In this document: one piece after another, positions 50,966 to 64,000 of the stretch
How the letters are laid out: each line of letters starts with the position of its first letter
Numbering within the stretch: position 1 is the first letter of the stretch
NCBI GenBank assembly: GCA_951406725.2
Contig: OX597826.1
Location: 50,716,001-50,780,000 of the forward strand
Reading direction: 5' to 3'
Origin: Octopus vulgaris
Lineage: Eukaryota
DNA length: 64,000 nt
Notes under the pieces: model-generated
Told to the model about the DNA's origin: nothing
Database searches by the model: none
What the model saw: the letters and a program-made list of their open reading frames with translations, nothing else
Made by a program: the position numbers and the translations under genes

Positions 50966-53900
50966 AGGGGTTATAGTAAGTGGGGCATGACGAGAGATGT
51001 TAAGAAAAGTGTATAGTGGTGTGGAGAGAGAGAGAGAGAGCAGTGGCTGAAGGCACAGCAAGGATGATAATGGGGAATGGAGGTGGGTTGGGAGGGGGAG
51101 GTAGCTAGCAGAAAGGATGGGATGCAATAATGTGTTGATTCTGCTCTCAGGAGAGTCAAAGTAGCTGAGTGGTACCATAAAGAGTGGTAGGTGTTAGGGA
51201 ATGAGAATTGGGTGGGGTGGAGGATACTTGACAGGGTAGAGAGAGAGAGAGAGGAATGGTAGGCTGGGTCCCCACAATAAGTGTTCTTTAAATTCAAAGT
51301 ACAGTAACTGAATAAATGAGTCAATACTGATTATACACGCTTTTACTGGTTTCAGTCATTTGACTGCGGCCATGCTGGAGCACCGCCTTTAGTCGAGCAA
51401 ATCAACCCCAGGACTTATTCTATCGGTCTCTTTTGCCGAACCACTAAGTTACGGGGACGTAAACACGCCAGCATTGGTTGTCAAGTGATGTTGGGGGTAC
51501 GAACACATATATACGACGGGCTTCTTTCAGCTTCCGTCTATCAAATCCACTCACAAGACTTTGGTCGGCCCAAGGCTATAGTAGAAGACACTTGCCCAAG
51601 GTGCCACGCAGTGGGACTGAACTCGGAACCATGTGGTTGGTAAGCAAGCTACTTACCACACAGCCACACCTAAAGACAATTACTTCATAACTTTCATGAA
51701 AACTGACTTATCAAACTGGCAGTATTAGAAGTATTTAAAGTTGTCTCTTAAAATATATATATATATATAAGATTAGTTGTGTACATATTGGACCCATGGA
51801 AATTTCCTATTTTACGGAGTTGTTCTTTTATTTATTTCAATGCATAAATTTATATACTCTCATAATGTTGTTTCATTATGTTAAATATTTTAATGATAAT
51901 GAGCTTGATATCAAATTGTGTTTGTTGAAAAATTAGAATTTATGGAGCAGCTGATCTAATTCACACCAGTATATGACTAAAAATTATTTTATAGTCCCTG
52001 GAAGCATGAAAACATTGTCACACTTATCTGGATTTAAATTTAGAACATAACTACAGCTGCAAGGCATTTTGCCGAATATTCCAAAACGTGTACCAATCTA
52101 CTGCCCAGTATAAGGAATGTTAAGCATAACTTAGCATTTGCGGTGCACCTGAGCACTGTATACAATAATTTCATTATTATTATTATTATTTTATTTTCTA
52201 CTCATTTAAACTATTGCCTCTTCCCTCCAATTTATTACCTCCTCCTCTCTCTTGCAGTCCTACTGTCCTGTCTGACGCGAAGAGATAAAAATTGGAAGAT
52301 CTAAGCAGGGTTATTTCCCTTCGTAAGCATAGCATGACTTAGGAATTCTTGTAGCGACAAAGCAGAACAGTATTAATCATAAAAATGAATCAGCATTTAT
52401 ATATTGTAAGGAATATGTGTGTAGGCCCTTTAACATCATTCAAAAACAAATACAAAAAGAGAAGAATGAAGAAAAAAACCCAAAAAAAAACGAAAGTAAT
52501 TAAAGAAATAATGTAAAGCTCATAAATCTTTATCTTTTACTTGTTTCAGTCATTTGAGTGTGGCCATGTTGGGGCACTGCCTTGAAGGAATTTAGTCAAA
52601 CAAATCGACCCCAGGACTTATCTTTTAAAGCCTAAAACTTATTTTATAGATCTTTTGTCGAACCGCTAAGTTACAGGGATGTAAGCATGCTAACACCGGT
52701 TGTCAAGGAGTGGTGGGAGACAGACAGACAGGCAGACACACGACGGGCTTCTTTCAGTTTCCGTCTAACAAATCCACTCACAAGGCTTTGGTTAGTCTGA
52801 GACTTTTAGAAGACACTTGCCCGCAGTGGGACTGAACTCAGAACCATGTAGTTGGAAAGCAAGCTTCTTACCACACTTTTTTTAAAAAATTCAGCTCTAA
52901 ATTTCTGGAACATATTCAAGTATTTCAGGGTGATGGATTGATAGAATCATTAGAGCATCAGACAAAATGCTTTGTGATATCTAATTTCGACTTTTTACAT
53001 TCTAAGTTTAAACCTATCTTGCTCTTCATCATTTCAGAGTTGACAAAAATAAAGTACCAGTCAAGTATAAGGAATCATTGGTATAAATAGGATACCAAGA
53101 CAATGTGACATAGCTTATTTAATATAATCCCAGAGGTGCATTTTAATATATAAATCACAAGTTTTCTATACAAATCGTGCATTAATAACTAGGCTTTTGG
53201 TACATGAAGATACAGAAGAACCTCAGAATGTAACAGAATCTTCAATGGATTTGGAAAAATATATACAAATATGGGTAGCAGCATTGTTCTTTGAAATTCA
53301 CAGAAGAGACACTCCAAGAACCTGTCAATTTCATATACTTTGTTTATATTTTATAATTATTTCTCATAAATCTTTAATTCCTAACAACTATTCATTATTA
53401 TATCTAGGCCTATTGTTGTTTTGTAAGATAAGCTTTGAATGAGAATAAAAACTTGAAATTTTTATTGTTTAAAAATTATTTATTTTTACTTATTTCAGTC
53501 ATTGGAGCGAGGCCAGACTGGGGCATCACCTTGAATTTTAAGTGAATGATTCGACCCCAGTAATATTTTTTTAAAACCCTGGTACTTATTCTATCAGTCT
53601 CTTTTTGCCAAACTGCTAAGCTACATAGACTTAAACACAGTAACACTAGTTGGCAGGTGGTGGTGGCGGACACACACACACACACGACGGGCTTCTTTCA
53701 GTTTCCGTTAACCAAATCCACTCGCAAGGGTCTGGTCTGCCCGAGGCTATAGTAAAAGACAGTTGTCCAAGGTGCCAAGTAGGACTGAACGTAAAACGAT
53801 GTGGTTAGGAAACAAACTTCTTACCACACAGGTACGCCTATGCGAACTGTTTATCATATTTTGATTTAATAAACAACCCACGTAATTTAAGAAATACCTG

Positions 53901-54851
53901 GGCTATCGTATGAATTTCATCTTTGAAAACCCAAATATTTGACGAAACAAGCTGCATTTAAATTAAATGTAAATTACAAGGAAGATAACTGTTTGAACTG
54001 TTTAATTATCTCCCTTGTGTTTATTACCCAGTATCGGAAATAAGATTTATTCCTCGTTAAATTGTAAAATGAAACAAGTAAATAAAATTCTGTTTTTAGT
54101 GAATGTAGGGTAGGGCGTAAATCGAAGTATAAACCTAGATAAACTAAGCCTAAAATAGATATTCGTTGGTTACAGCTGCGACGCTTTTGATCAGAGATTT
54201 TAGGTCTGATCTTGGGTTAAACATCAACAGCTTTATACATATAGTATGCATTGTGTGTAAATCGATGCATCTAGGCTTCTATTTTCTCCCCGTTAATTGA
54301 GCAACACGGTGTGTTTATATGTGTGAATCCTGAAATGAAGATGAACAGTAGAGAAAATTAACGAGTGATTCATGAGCGGCGAGGGGATGACAGAAACGTT
54401 AGCACGCCGGGCGAAATGCGTAGCCGTATTTCGTCTGCCGTTACGTTCTGAGTTCAAATTCCGCCGAGGACGACTTTGCCTTTCATCCTTTTGGGGTCGA
54501 TAAATTAAGTACCTGTTACGCACGGAGGTCGATGTAATCGACTTAATTCGTTTGTCTGTCCCCTCTGTGTTTAGTCCCTTAGTGGGTAATAAAAGAAACA
54601 TATAATTAACGTGTATTTCGTGCGCGAGGGAAAGTGGGTGTATAACCAAGGAATATTTCATAAGAGGTCGGTAGGGGAAGTGAACAACTATCGAGTGTTT
54701 CGTGAGCTGCGTTGTCAAGTTTAAATTCAAATATGAATCCATTTAGGATTCACAGATATAGATGAATCTATATGCATAAATCCTGATATGAAAATTAAAA
54801 ATGGAGAGAAAACACATCGAAGTAACTTTCAAGTATCTTCCCAACAACATA

Positions 54852-55371
54852 CCGTAAATCCTCGAGTATAATGCGCATTCCCCCCCACCAAAAAAAATTT
54901 AAAGGTCAAAATCCCTAGTGCGTATTATACACGAGGTTAAAAATGAAAATTATTTTCTAAGCAATTTTCGAGTCTATTTGCTGTCTGGCAATGTTTATTC
55001 AGACGATTTTGTGATGTCGGACACGAAAATACCTTAAGCTAAGCCTGAAAGCAATGAAGTCATAAAAGAATCATCCATAACTTGCAGTAAGCAACATTTT
55101 ATTAAACGTTATTACTGTTATTTCTTTATTTTCTGCAAACAAAATACACAAAAAAGCTACATGTTTGCGTTATGTTATATATACGATAATAATAAAGGAC
55201 GACGTTACCGTATACAATTTTTACAAACCAAGGACGTTATGTAGACCTCCTTGACTCAAGTTAGAGAATGGGTGCGTATTATACACATGGTCTAGGTTTT
55301 TCAGAGGTACAGCCCCCTAAAAATCCCCTGCGTATTATACTCAAGGGCGGGCTACACTCGAGGATTTACGG
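54852..55371. mobile_element. Tc1/mariner-superfamily (pogo/Tc2-like) MITE
   Basis: TIR CCGTAAATCCTCGAGT / ACTCGAGGATTTACGG, TA TSD on both sides, subterminal TGCGTATTATAC repeats. Confidence 0.9.
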
Positions 55372-56092
55372 TAAGTACCGCAATTAATGCTTAAACGACA
55401 ACGAGCATTTGAAATCGAATCGCGAACCCCGGGGACTTTATTTGCTCTATAGTTCCTTAACATTCAGTATATAGTTAATCTATTAACATTTATCGCTGCT
55501 TATTTGCAAACTCCTTTAAAAGAAGGCAATGTGAATCAGAAACTATAGGACAAAGTTCAAGTTTCAATGGCACATAATTGTCTATTTAACGAGTGTTTCG
55601 TGAACGACGAGGGGCGGGAACAGTGTATAATTTTTAAGTGTTTCGTGAGCTGCGTTGTCGAGCTCATATTCTTCCTTTGGTTTATGAAAGTTATACTTTT
55701 CAGCATACGATGCAAGTACATCTTAATGGAAACAGTTAACAAAATTTGTATAGAAGATTAAAAATTCATTCATATTATATTGAAATAGTCGGAATATTAA
55801 TGTGAAATATATGTTCGATGAATGCAAGTTATTGTCTCGATATTACGAGGCAATAACTAGACTTATTAAACTGGAATGTCTTAGCCTTAAACTACTGTTC
55901 TTTTCTAGATTCAGTTTACAAATAATTCATCACCCTTAATGTTCAAAATCATTTCAGGTGTTTAACGACCTCTTGGATAGATCGCAAGGGATCAATATTA
56001 ACCTGTCTACCAAGCTCTGGTCTAGTGATATGCCGCAGTTTATTTCCATCTACAATGCATGTTCTAATTCTGGTTAATTTCTCTTTTTGTAC

Positions 56093-57090
56093 ATTAAACG
56101 ACCGTACGAAGGAGAGGCGAGGAGAATGGCTCCTTTAGTACACCGTACGGTCGATACAATATATGCGAAAAGGATAAATGAGTATAAGTGTCAGAAGGAA
56201 AAGAGAGACACAAGCAAGTAGAATGTTTAAGAGAAGATTTTATTGATAGGATAACATGTGTGTCTGTGTGTGCGTCATATATACATAATAATAGACAGGC
56301 CGTCATGTATACATAATGTTTATATAGAAACATAGATGTATGTGTGTGCAATAAGTACAGAGCATTGAAATATAATATGATGTTAGAAGAATGTTCAGAC
56401 ACAAGGATGATAAATACCAGTTCGTAGTCAAGGTACACGATAGTTCAGGTGCTGTATCAAGAAATTGAGGCTGCAATGCAGAGCCAGTTGAGGCACGTGT
56501 CGTGCGTGAAGCTGTGGCTACTATGCAGAGCCAGTTACTTGGTACAGAAAGTTCTCGCAGGTTGTGTTTGCTGTTAACCATGGTGAAGTAATTCACGAAC
56601 AGTGTTGAGATAGAACCTGTGCGAGGGTTGCTTGTTGCTGTGTACGTAGAGAGATGTTGTTGATGACGTTAAGAAGACAGAGGCGACAGAGATGGAAGTT
56701 CTGAATGCTGTTGGACGAAGTTGATGGGTCTCCATGTGGCTGCTGTTGTCGCTGGAACTGCCTGTGTGCTCTGTCGTCAGTGGTTAGACTTCAAAAGGTC
56801 TAGAACCGAAAGACATCCAGACGGTGTGAAGCTAGCGTTTCATACTATGCTATCGGCTCACCGGAAGTTTGGAAGAGACTGTCTCACGTGACCTTATCAG
56901 AAGGCTGCGATTGGTTGGTTTGCATATTGGTGCGCAATAGAGCAAGAGACAAACTGCGCCATTACCAACCAATTAGAGTAGTGGACACAACAGGATCCAA
57001 AAGAGCGGCCGAAGACTAGCTGTTATCTACTACGTTCGTACTGGTGTATATATAACAGAGAGAGAGAAATTTCGATAAGCGTACGCTACA
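56093..57090 (-). mobile_element. Probable solo LTR (~1 kb)
   Basis: CpG-rich block flanked by GTAC on both sides (56089-56092, 57091-57094). Minus strand begins TGTAG, with AATAAA ~150 bp before the end. Contains CCAAT, E-box TCACGTGA and ETS CCGGAAGT motifs; no coding homology. Confidence 0.55.
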
Positions 57091-59624
57091 GTACTTTGGA
57101 TATATCAGTCGTCACTTAAGAGCTGGCACGACCTGGTAGCATATACCATGCTTTCGATAATTGCTTTAGGGAGCTATGTAGATGCAAATAGGTATAGGTA
57201 CTCACGATCTTAAGATCTGAATCCAACACCCTAACCACTTGGTTATGCCACTTCACAAGAATTCAGATTTATAGAAGATGGAATGTTTGTGTCACTTTAT
57301 GCTTTTGTGACTTGCATTAAGAACACAATGGAATGAATTGTCTAAAATCAGTCACCGAAACCAGGTCATAGACCCGGTTCATTGTGGGGATGTCTCGCAT
57401 AACAATTTTCATCACAAACAAAAATAAGTTTTGCTTTCTTTTGATTAAAGTACAAAGATCCTAGCGTTTGTGTGTGTGTGTGTGTGTGTGTGTAGTTATT
57501 GTAACAACCATGTCTTGAACTATGGTCATTAGTGACATAACTCCTGACAAATAACCGTGTATCAACTTCTTGCTTTACCGTATTTGTTACAAGATATGTT
57601 ACGCACTGATTAAATCCTCTATATGTTAAGTAAGTGGTTGTATAATCGATTGTAAGGCCCTTTGGCCAACAGATTTTGCATGTTTGCAGAAGAACGCATG
57701 AAAAAAAAACGCACTCAAAGTATTTTTAAAAAGACACGACTTAAAAGACCTAATTCCAAACATAATAAAGAGGTCCCCATTAAATTCAGGACCTCAAACA
57801 GTTTGAAGAGGGCCCTCGGACTTAAAACAGCCGCCGTAGATTAAGAGGATCCCAGTTAAATTTAATGGCTTTTTAAATCTAAGAGAGCTCAAAAATTTAA
57901 CAAGAACTCTGTTGGATTAAAATAATGAAAACAAATAAAAAAATATTACAAATTATTTATTGGATTGCTATACATATATTTAAAAGATTTTAACTACAAG
58001 CTTTAGGCTTCTTTGAGTTAAAGGAAATTCAATTATTTGGGCTCCATGAGATTGGAAGGTGGAGACTGGGCCACAGTCCATATTAGCTCATATAATAAAT
58101 CCGGCCCTGAAGATGGTGTATAGTAATTTTATACTTGTATTTATTTTATAGATTCTAAAGTTAACACCGGGTATGATTCGAAACTAAAACGCAAAGAAAC
58201 CTAACTAAATATTCATATATCAGCAGGAGGGAACAATCAATATAGAAAACACCAGTGTATTACTAGTATCTTTTTATCCATTACTCTCTGGAAAAAAAAG
58301 TCACTTATAGACACCCTAACGGATTCAGGGCTGATGAAGCTTTTTAGCTGCTTATCTTAGAGAAGGTATACTATACTGGCGCTCAGTCGGTTACGACGAT
58401 GAGCGCTCCAGTTGATCCGATCAACGGAAGAGTCTGCTTGTGTAATTAACATGCAGATGGCTGAGCATTCTACAGACCAACGTACTCATAACGTAGTCCT
58501 CAAGGAGATTCAGCGTGACACAGAACGTAACAAGACTGGTCCTTTGAAATACAGGTACAACTTATTTTTGCCAGCAGAGTGGAGTAGAACATCATGAAAT
58601 AAGGAGTCTTGTTCAAGGACACAACGCGCAGCCAGGAATCGAACTCATGACATTACGATCATGAGCTAAATATCTCTTACCACTAAGCCACGTGCCTTCA
58701 CATAAGAGAAGGTAAGGACACACAAATCCTGTATCTGATAACTGGTGGGTTCGCGGTATTTGTTGCACCAGACCAATACCGAACGTACTCACTAGAACAA
58801 TATTTATTGTACAGGTTGTTCTAAAATCCAAGGCACCAACACCGCCACACTTTCTTCATAAATCCAATGGCGACAGGAAAAGAGATGGCGGTGATAGGTC
58901 GATGATGCTACAGGAAGTCTCCAGCTTTGAGCCTGCACGCAGCAGCCATAGGGTGGTGGTCGTTTCCCACTGACTTGATCTAAGAATACTATGCAGTTGT
59001 GTCCTGTTGAACCCTTATTCGTCGAAGCGACGAGATATTCCATCATTTATCCACCCACTCGGTAAGATTTGAACTTATATCGTAAATAAACACAACAAAG
59101 CATTTATTTTGTCGCCGTGGCCTTTGTTATAAATACATCAACCAACTTATATGTTGCAGTATCTCTGATTGGTTCAGAAGTTTGCTTCGCAATCGTGGAC
59201 GAATGGGTTTTATCATTTTTTATAAATTTATACCTACACCTCAGGCCTATTCTAAACCTTGGAAATGAAACTAACTCGACGGAAACTGTTTAGGATCTCG
59301 TTGGGTAGATTGTAAATGCAATTTTAAAGATCTGGCTTTACCACATAGTATGTCACACAGATTCCACCCAAGAATTACATTAAGGATACATTTGTCTGTG
59401 GAATATTCAGCCACTTAGAATCTAATTCAGTGAGACAAGTAGTTTTGTTGATCGAACAACGAAATCTTCACGATCGGAAGTTTTCATCGGATTCTATATA
59501 TTTTTTTATTATTGTGTGACCAAAGTCATTCCTGAATAAACAGACCTACGATGTAACGCGTTCCATTGATGACCATCCCATCTTGTTTTTTAAGGTATTG
59601 TGTCACTTCAACTATATCATAAAA

Positions 59625-59857
59625 TGGCGGCGAGCTGGCAGACACGTTAGCGCACCGGGCGGAATGCTTAGCGGTATTTCGTCTGTCGTTACGTTCTGAA
59701 TTCAAATTCCGCCGAGGTCGACTTTGCCTTTCATCCTTTCGGGGGTCGATAAATAAAAGTACCAGTTTCGCACTGGGGTCGATGTAATCGACTTAAGCCG
59801 TTTGTCTGTCCTTGTTCGTCCTCTCTATGTTTAGCCCCTTGTGGGTAGTAAAGAAAT
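59625..59857 (+). mobile_element. SINE family B, full length
   Basis: GGCGGCGAGCTGGCAG...TTCAAATTCC head, central GGTCGACTTTGCCTTTCATCCTTTCGGGGTCGATAAA (from memory Deu/Nin-domain-like; needs checking), A-rich tail. Other copies at ~657-890(-), 12873-13045(-), 31900-32028(-), 32645-32855(-), 54376-54600(+). Confidence 0.85.
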
Positions 59858-60989
59858 ATATATCATAAAATGTGTCCTTCGTTTTTGAACATAGTAGAAT
59901 ACTATTTGAGGGAAATTTCACAACTCTTTCAGGTAGGTAGATCGATTAATAGAGGCTCCTTCGTTGGCATAAAGATGTTTTAATTATTGATGAGAAAGGA
60001 AAATAACCTTTATGTTTCGATTTGTTTCTTCTACATCCTGAATCGTCATCATCATCATCACCACAACCGCCAATACTATTAGTACTCCTACCATCGCTTC
60101 CGCTGCTACTACCACCACCACCACCACCTCCTCCTCCTCCATTATACTCGAGCAATTTAATTAACTTTATCCAGCCAATACTTCTCGCAACTGAACGATG
60201 TGTGAGTTTGGTTAATTTTATTTGTCCGGTTTCATTTAATCTCGTTCGTTGGCCGTCGACATCGTCTTTTATTGACTTTTATTCACTTAGTTCTCGGCAC
60301 AATTTATTGTTGTTGTTGTTTTACTGTCTCTTGCCATCGAATCAACACAACATCTTGTTTTTACTTTGATACAAAGACACATCTTTGACCAAAAGTCACC
60401 ATATATCGAACGGTTCTATTAATAATATTAATAATATCAATAATAATAATAATAATATATATATATATAATCTTGATAATGCTAAAACTCTAGGGCTGTT
60501 TGTGTGTAACTGAAATATCTTAGAAATAGTATATTTTATCGTAATTTTTTAAACACATTTATTTTCATACATACCTTTGGCAGTGCAGTACAAAATTTTG
60601 TGATATTTGAACCTCTATTTAAACGAGTAAACACAATTTTTATTATTTCTTGATAAAAAAAAAAAAAATATATGGCTTCTATGACGTCAGCACACATACA
60701 CACATATAGAATGCACACACATATAGTGAATGTAATGGCGTGTCAATCAACACAAACACATGTTCGCTATCTGTAACATATACACACACATAGTCTCTTA
60801 GAAAAGAAAAAACCGTTGACTTTCTGACGCACACAGTATTTTAATCGTTTAGAAATATTTTTAACTGAATGTGATTTCATCATGCGATGTTCGTTAATTT
60901 CCGTAAAAAAATTCTTCTTATTTACTTTTGTTTTAAAGTGAAACAAAAGAGAAAGTGAAAGATATATGTACGTGTGTATGAAATGGACC

Positions 60990-60998
60990 TGTGTGTGT

Positions 60999-61034
<36 letters not shown>

Positions 61035-61148
61035 GAGATTGATAAAAAAAAAGAGAGAGAGAGTGAAGGGGTCTGTTATGTATACGTACATACATCAATA
61101 CATATGCGTAAATCTTTTTTGTATGTACGTGTGCTTGTGTGTGTGTAT

Positions 61149-61197
<49 letters not shown>

Positions 61198-61225
61198 TGT
61201 GTGTGTGTGTGTGTCTGTGTGAGTG
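60990..61225. repeat. Compound (GA)n/(GT)n microsatellite region
   Basis: Directly visible. Confidence 0.95.
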
Positions 61226-61508
61226 AGTAAACGTGTGTTCTCATGTATGTGGAAGTGGTACACACTCTCTCTCACACGTCCAATTATACACACGTTCATA
61301 CATCTTTAACAGGTGATTTTCAGAATAAAAGTTGTTTAAAAAAAAGCTTCTGCTCATGCCCAATTAAATAAGTCCATAAGTTAGGTTAAATATATGCACA
61401 TGCATAAGTACCGTGAATTCCCCTTCTACAAACTGGCAAACAATTTCGTGAATACTTTACCGGCAAAGCTAGGTAGTAGGTCTTGTATATATATATATAT
61501 ATATATAT

Positions 61509-61952
61509 TGATAAAATCGGTAAGAAAGAAAGAGACCTCGATATTATGTAAATAGAGGAATTTATCTGTAAATGTAATATGTGACAATTATTCGGTAGCC
61601 AAGATAAAACTCCGAGTTTCGGATGCCGAGGTGGAAATCCACGCCACCATCTCTTCAGTTATCCGGCCATCGGAAAAACGCTATGAAAAATGACCGTTAT
61701 ACAAAGGGAAATTACTGTGTTATTGACCGCTATTAAGACAAAAGAGCTATTCGAATGACCACTAAGTAAGGTAAGAGGGTAAAAAGTTCATAGTATTCGC
61801 GTAAGCGCGCCTGTTCATACCTACACATGTGCGCCCGCACAACCACGTGCGTACTCATACATCATCCACCCTCACTTGAAAAATATACACATCTTCATTC
61901 ACATCCTTCGGAGTTTTATCTTGGCTACCGAATAATTGTCACATATTACATT

Positions 61953-61956
<4 letters not shown>
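61509..61956 (-). mobile_element. Penelope-like element remnant with inverted partial pLTR, inserted in (TA)n
   Basis: Perfect 49-bp inverted repeat 61567-61615 / 61908-61956, hammerhead motif, (TA)n on both flanks. Confidence 0.7.
61603..61663 (-). ncRNA. Type I hammerhead ribozyme motif in a Penelope-like pLTR
   Basis: Minus strand: GATAA-CTGAAGA-GATG...CATCC-GAAA-CTCGGAG-TT-TTATC. Stem I GATAA/TTATC, CUGANGA core, GAAA, minimal near-palindromic stem III, GUU triplet. One extra C at the base of stem II. Confidence 0.7.
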
Positions 61957-62027
<71 letters not shown>

Positions 62028-63044
62028 CATACACACCACATACACATACATACATACACAAAGAGAGAGAGAGGGAGAGCTAAACTAAATTCTTTAATAT
62101 TTGAAAATACCATCACCAATGTTGGTAAAGGAAATACAGAAAATAGAACCATATTATTCCAATTATGGTAGAATAACAATGGGGGAAAATATAAAGAGAA
62201 GATTCCGCGAAAAACTAAGAATGGCGTTAAGTCATGCACGATTGTATCAAATGTAATGTGAACTTCTTGAAAAATGTCTGAGTGCATCGTAAAAAAGCAT
62301 TGTGCTAATCATGTACAACAAATATAGTTTGTTTTTTTCATCGATCATTTTTCAAATCCAATTTATTCCGGTACAGCTTTTCGATCTGGTCTCGAATTTC
62401 TAGACAGACTGAGAGCTTCAGAAAAGTAAAAACAAATAGAAGAAAGTGGGGGGATGAAAAAGAAAAGAAGATAAAGGAAAAGAGAAGAGAAAATTAAAAA
62501 AAAAAAGGAAAAGCAATGTTGATTAATTTTTTTTATTATTTAGTTGGTGCTAAAAATGTCTGAAGCTCTTTTATTGTTATGAAAGATGATGAAAAATGAA
62601 GTGGAAAATTAAGGAGTCTAGTTGTAGTTTGGCGAAGGCAAAAATAGATGAATTTGTTTGTAGAATGATAAAGATGTCTGAAGATAATGGCAACTATGAT
62701 GGATTTGGTGATATTAATATCAGGAATGACGAAATAATACCAACTGCCACTAAGCAAATGAATAAATGGATTTTGTTCATAAAAAAAGACACAAGAATAT
62801 TTTACAAAGTGTTAGATAAGCTTACATCGTAAGATTTTGTTCAGGCCACTGCTTGATCAGCCCTTCATACTTTTCAATGCATCTAAACACCTAGTTAAGT
62901 GACATGGCTTCTGTCACCTGTATTTTCTTGACCAGTTTTCTTGACCTGTATTTTCTTGATTGCGTGTTTATTGTGGATGTTACACTATCTTCTGAAATTA
63001 GAAACTTACAAGGTGCATTTCAGAAGTTACTTAACTTTTTCAGG

Positions 63045-63650
63045 AGAGACATTCATTAATTTGAAAGAAGTATAAATCACCAATCTCCTTTAATGCTTCA
63101 AAGTACGATCCTCTGACCTCAGTGCACTTGTAGTGCCCCAGCCACTTTGTGGAGGCTCCATGGAAGTCCTTTAAAGTGAAGATGTTCAGGACCGTTGTCA
63201 CATCCTCAACAAGGAGTAAAGTCTGGGCTGTAGAGAAAGTGAGGGACGTGGAGGCACATGGCCTAGTGGTTAAAGCAACAGACTCGCGGTCGAGGGATCG
63301 CGGATTCGAATCTCAGACCGGGCGATGTGTGTTTATGAGTGAAACACCTAAGCTCCACGCAGCTCCGGCAGAAGGTAATGGTGAACTTCTGCTGACTCTT
63401 TCACCACAACTTTCTCTCACTCTTTCCTCCTGCCTCTTGCAGCTCACCTGCGACGGACCGGCGCCCTGTCCAGGTGGTGAACCTATACACCAAGGAAACC
63501 GGGAAACAGGCCCTTATGAGCCAGACGTGGCTCGAGAAGGAACAAACAAAGTGAGGGACAGTTTTGATGTCCATCCCTGTCAAGTAGTTGATTACCAGGA
63601 TGGAATTGTAGAATGGTGTATTGTCCTGGTGCAGGTAATCTGGCCTTTTA
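63045..63650 (-). mobile_element. Mariner transposase C-terminal fragment interrupted by a SINE
   Basis: LHQDNTP...KTVPH|FLYSPDF (HDNA...HPPYSPDL homolog) and KCTEVRGSYFE terminus. Confidence 0.8.
63248..63547 (+). mobile_element. tRNA-derived SINE with 12-bp TSD
   Basis: Box A TGGCCTAGTGG, box B GATTCGAATC; TSD AAAGTGAGGGAC at 63236-63247 and 63548-63559. Confidence 0.9.
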
Positions 63651-64000
63651 CGTACAAATCTCTACCTAATTCCACAGTAGGCGCAGGAGTGGCTGTGTGG
63701 TAAGTAGCTTGCTTACCAACCACATGGTTCCGGATTCAGTTCCACTGCGTGGCACTTTGGGCAAGTGTCTTCTACTATAGCCTTGGGCCGACCAAAGCCT
63801 TGTGAGTGGATTTGGTAGACGGAAACTGAAAGAAGCCCGTCGTATATATGTATGTATGTATATATATATAAATTCATAAATGAGGGTGAAAAATTTGATA
63901 TTAATTTAATAATACCATCAATTTAACACCAAGTGGCTTAGCACATAAAAACCAGGGATACAATACAAATTTATACATAAATATGAGAGAGCGACCACTA

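Noticed and set aside
62596-62832. 78-aa ORF ending near a gtaag donor-like site
   Set aside because: No recognisable homology, and all frames from the upstream acceptor-like site are closed.
63248-63325. tRNA gene
   Set aside because: The A/B boxes belong to a SINE head with body, tail and TSD; no complete cloverleaf.

Overview
Repeat-dense, AT-rich animal genomic DNA. The tRNA-SINE, RTE, Penelope and microsatellite repertoire resembles coleoid cephalopods (Octopus); this is an inference. Two spliced host genes can be rebuilt from GT-AG junctions with consistent reading phase. TMEM144 lies on the minus strand (8 coding exons between 22416 and 116, continuing off the left edge, probable non-coding first exon near 28.7-28.9 kb). 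ETFRF1/LYRM5 lies on the plus strand (40816-40869 + 48347-48556). The rest is mostly transposon-derived: three tRNA-SINE families, RTE, CR1/L2-like, Tx1-like and R4-like LINE fragments, Penelope remnants (two with hammerhead-ribozyme cores), a Helitron RepHel pseudogene, Tc1, mariner and pogo relics, several MITE/foldback elements, a probable solo LTR and a 100-N gap. The most unexplained item is a ~265-bp GC/CpG-rich, multi-hairpin segment (~14085-14350) that interrupts a decayed RTE LINE in a TMEM144 intron. Most ORFs in the supplied track are microsatellite or repeat artefacts. Repeat boundaries are approximate unless TSDs or TIRs are quoted.
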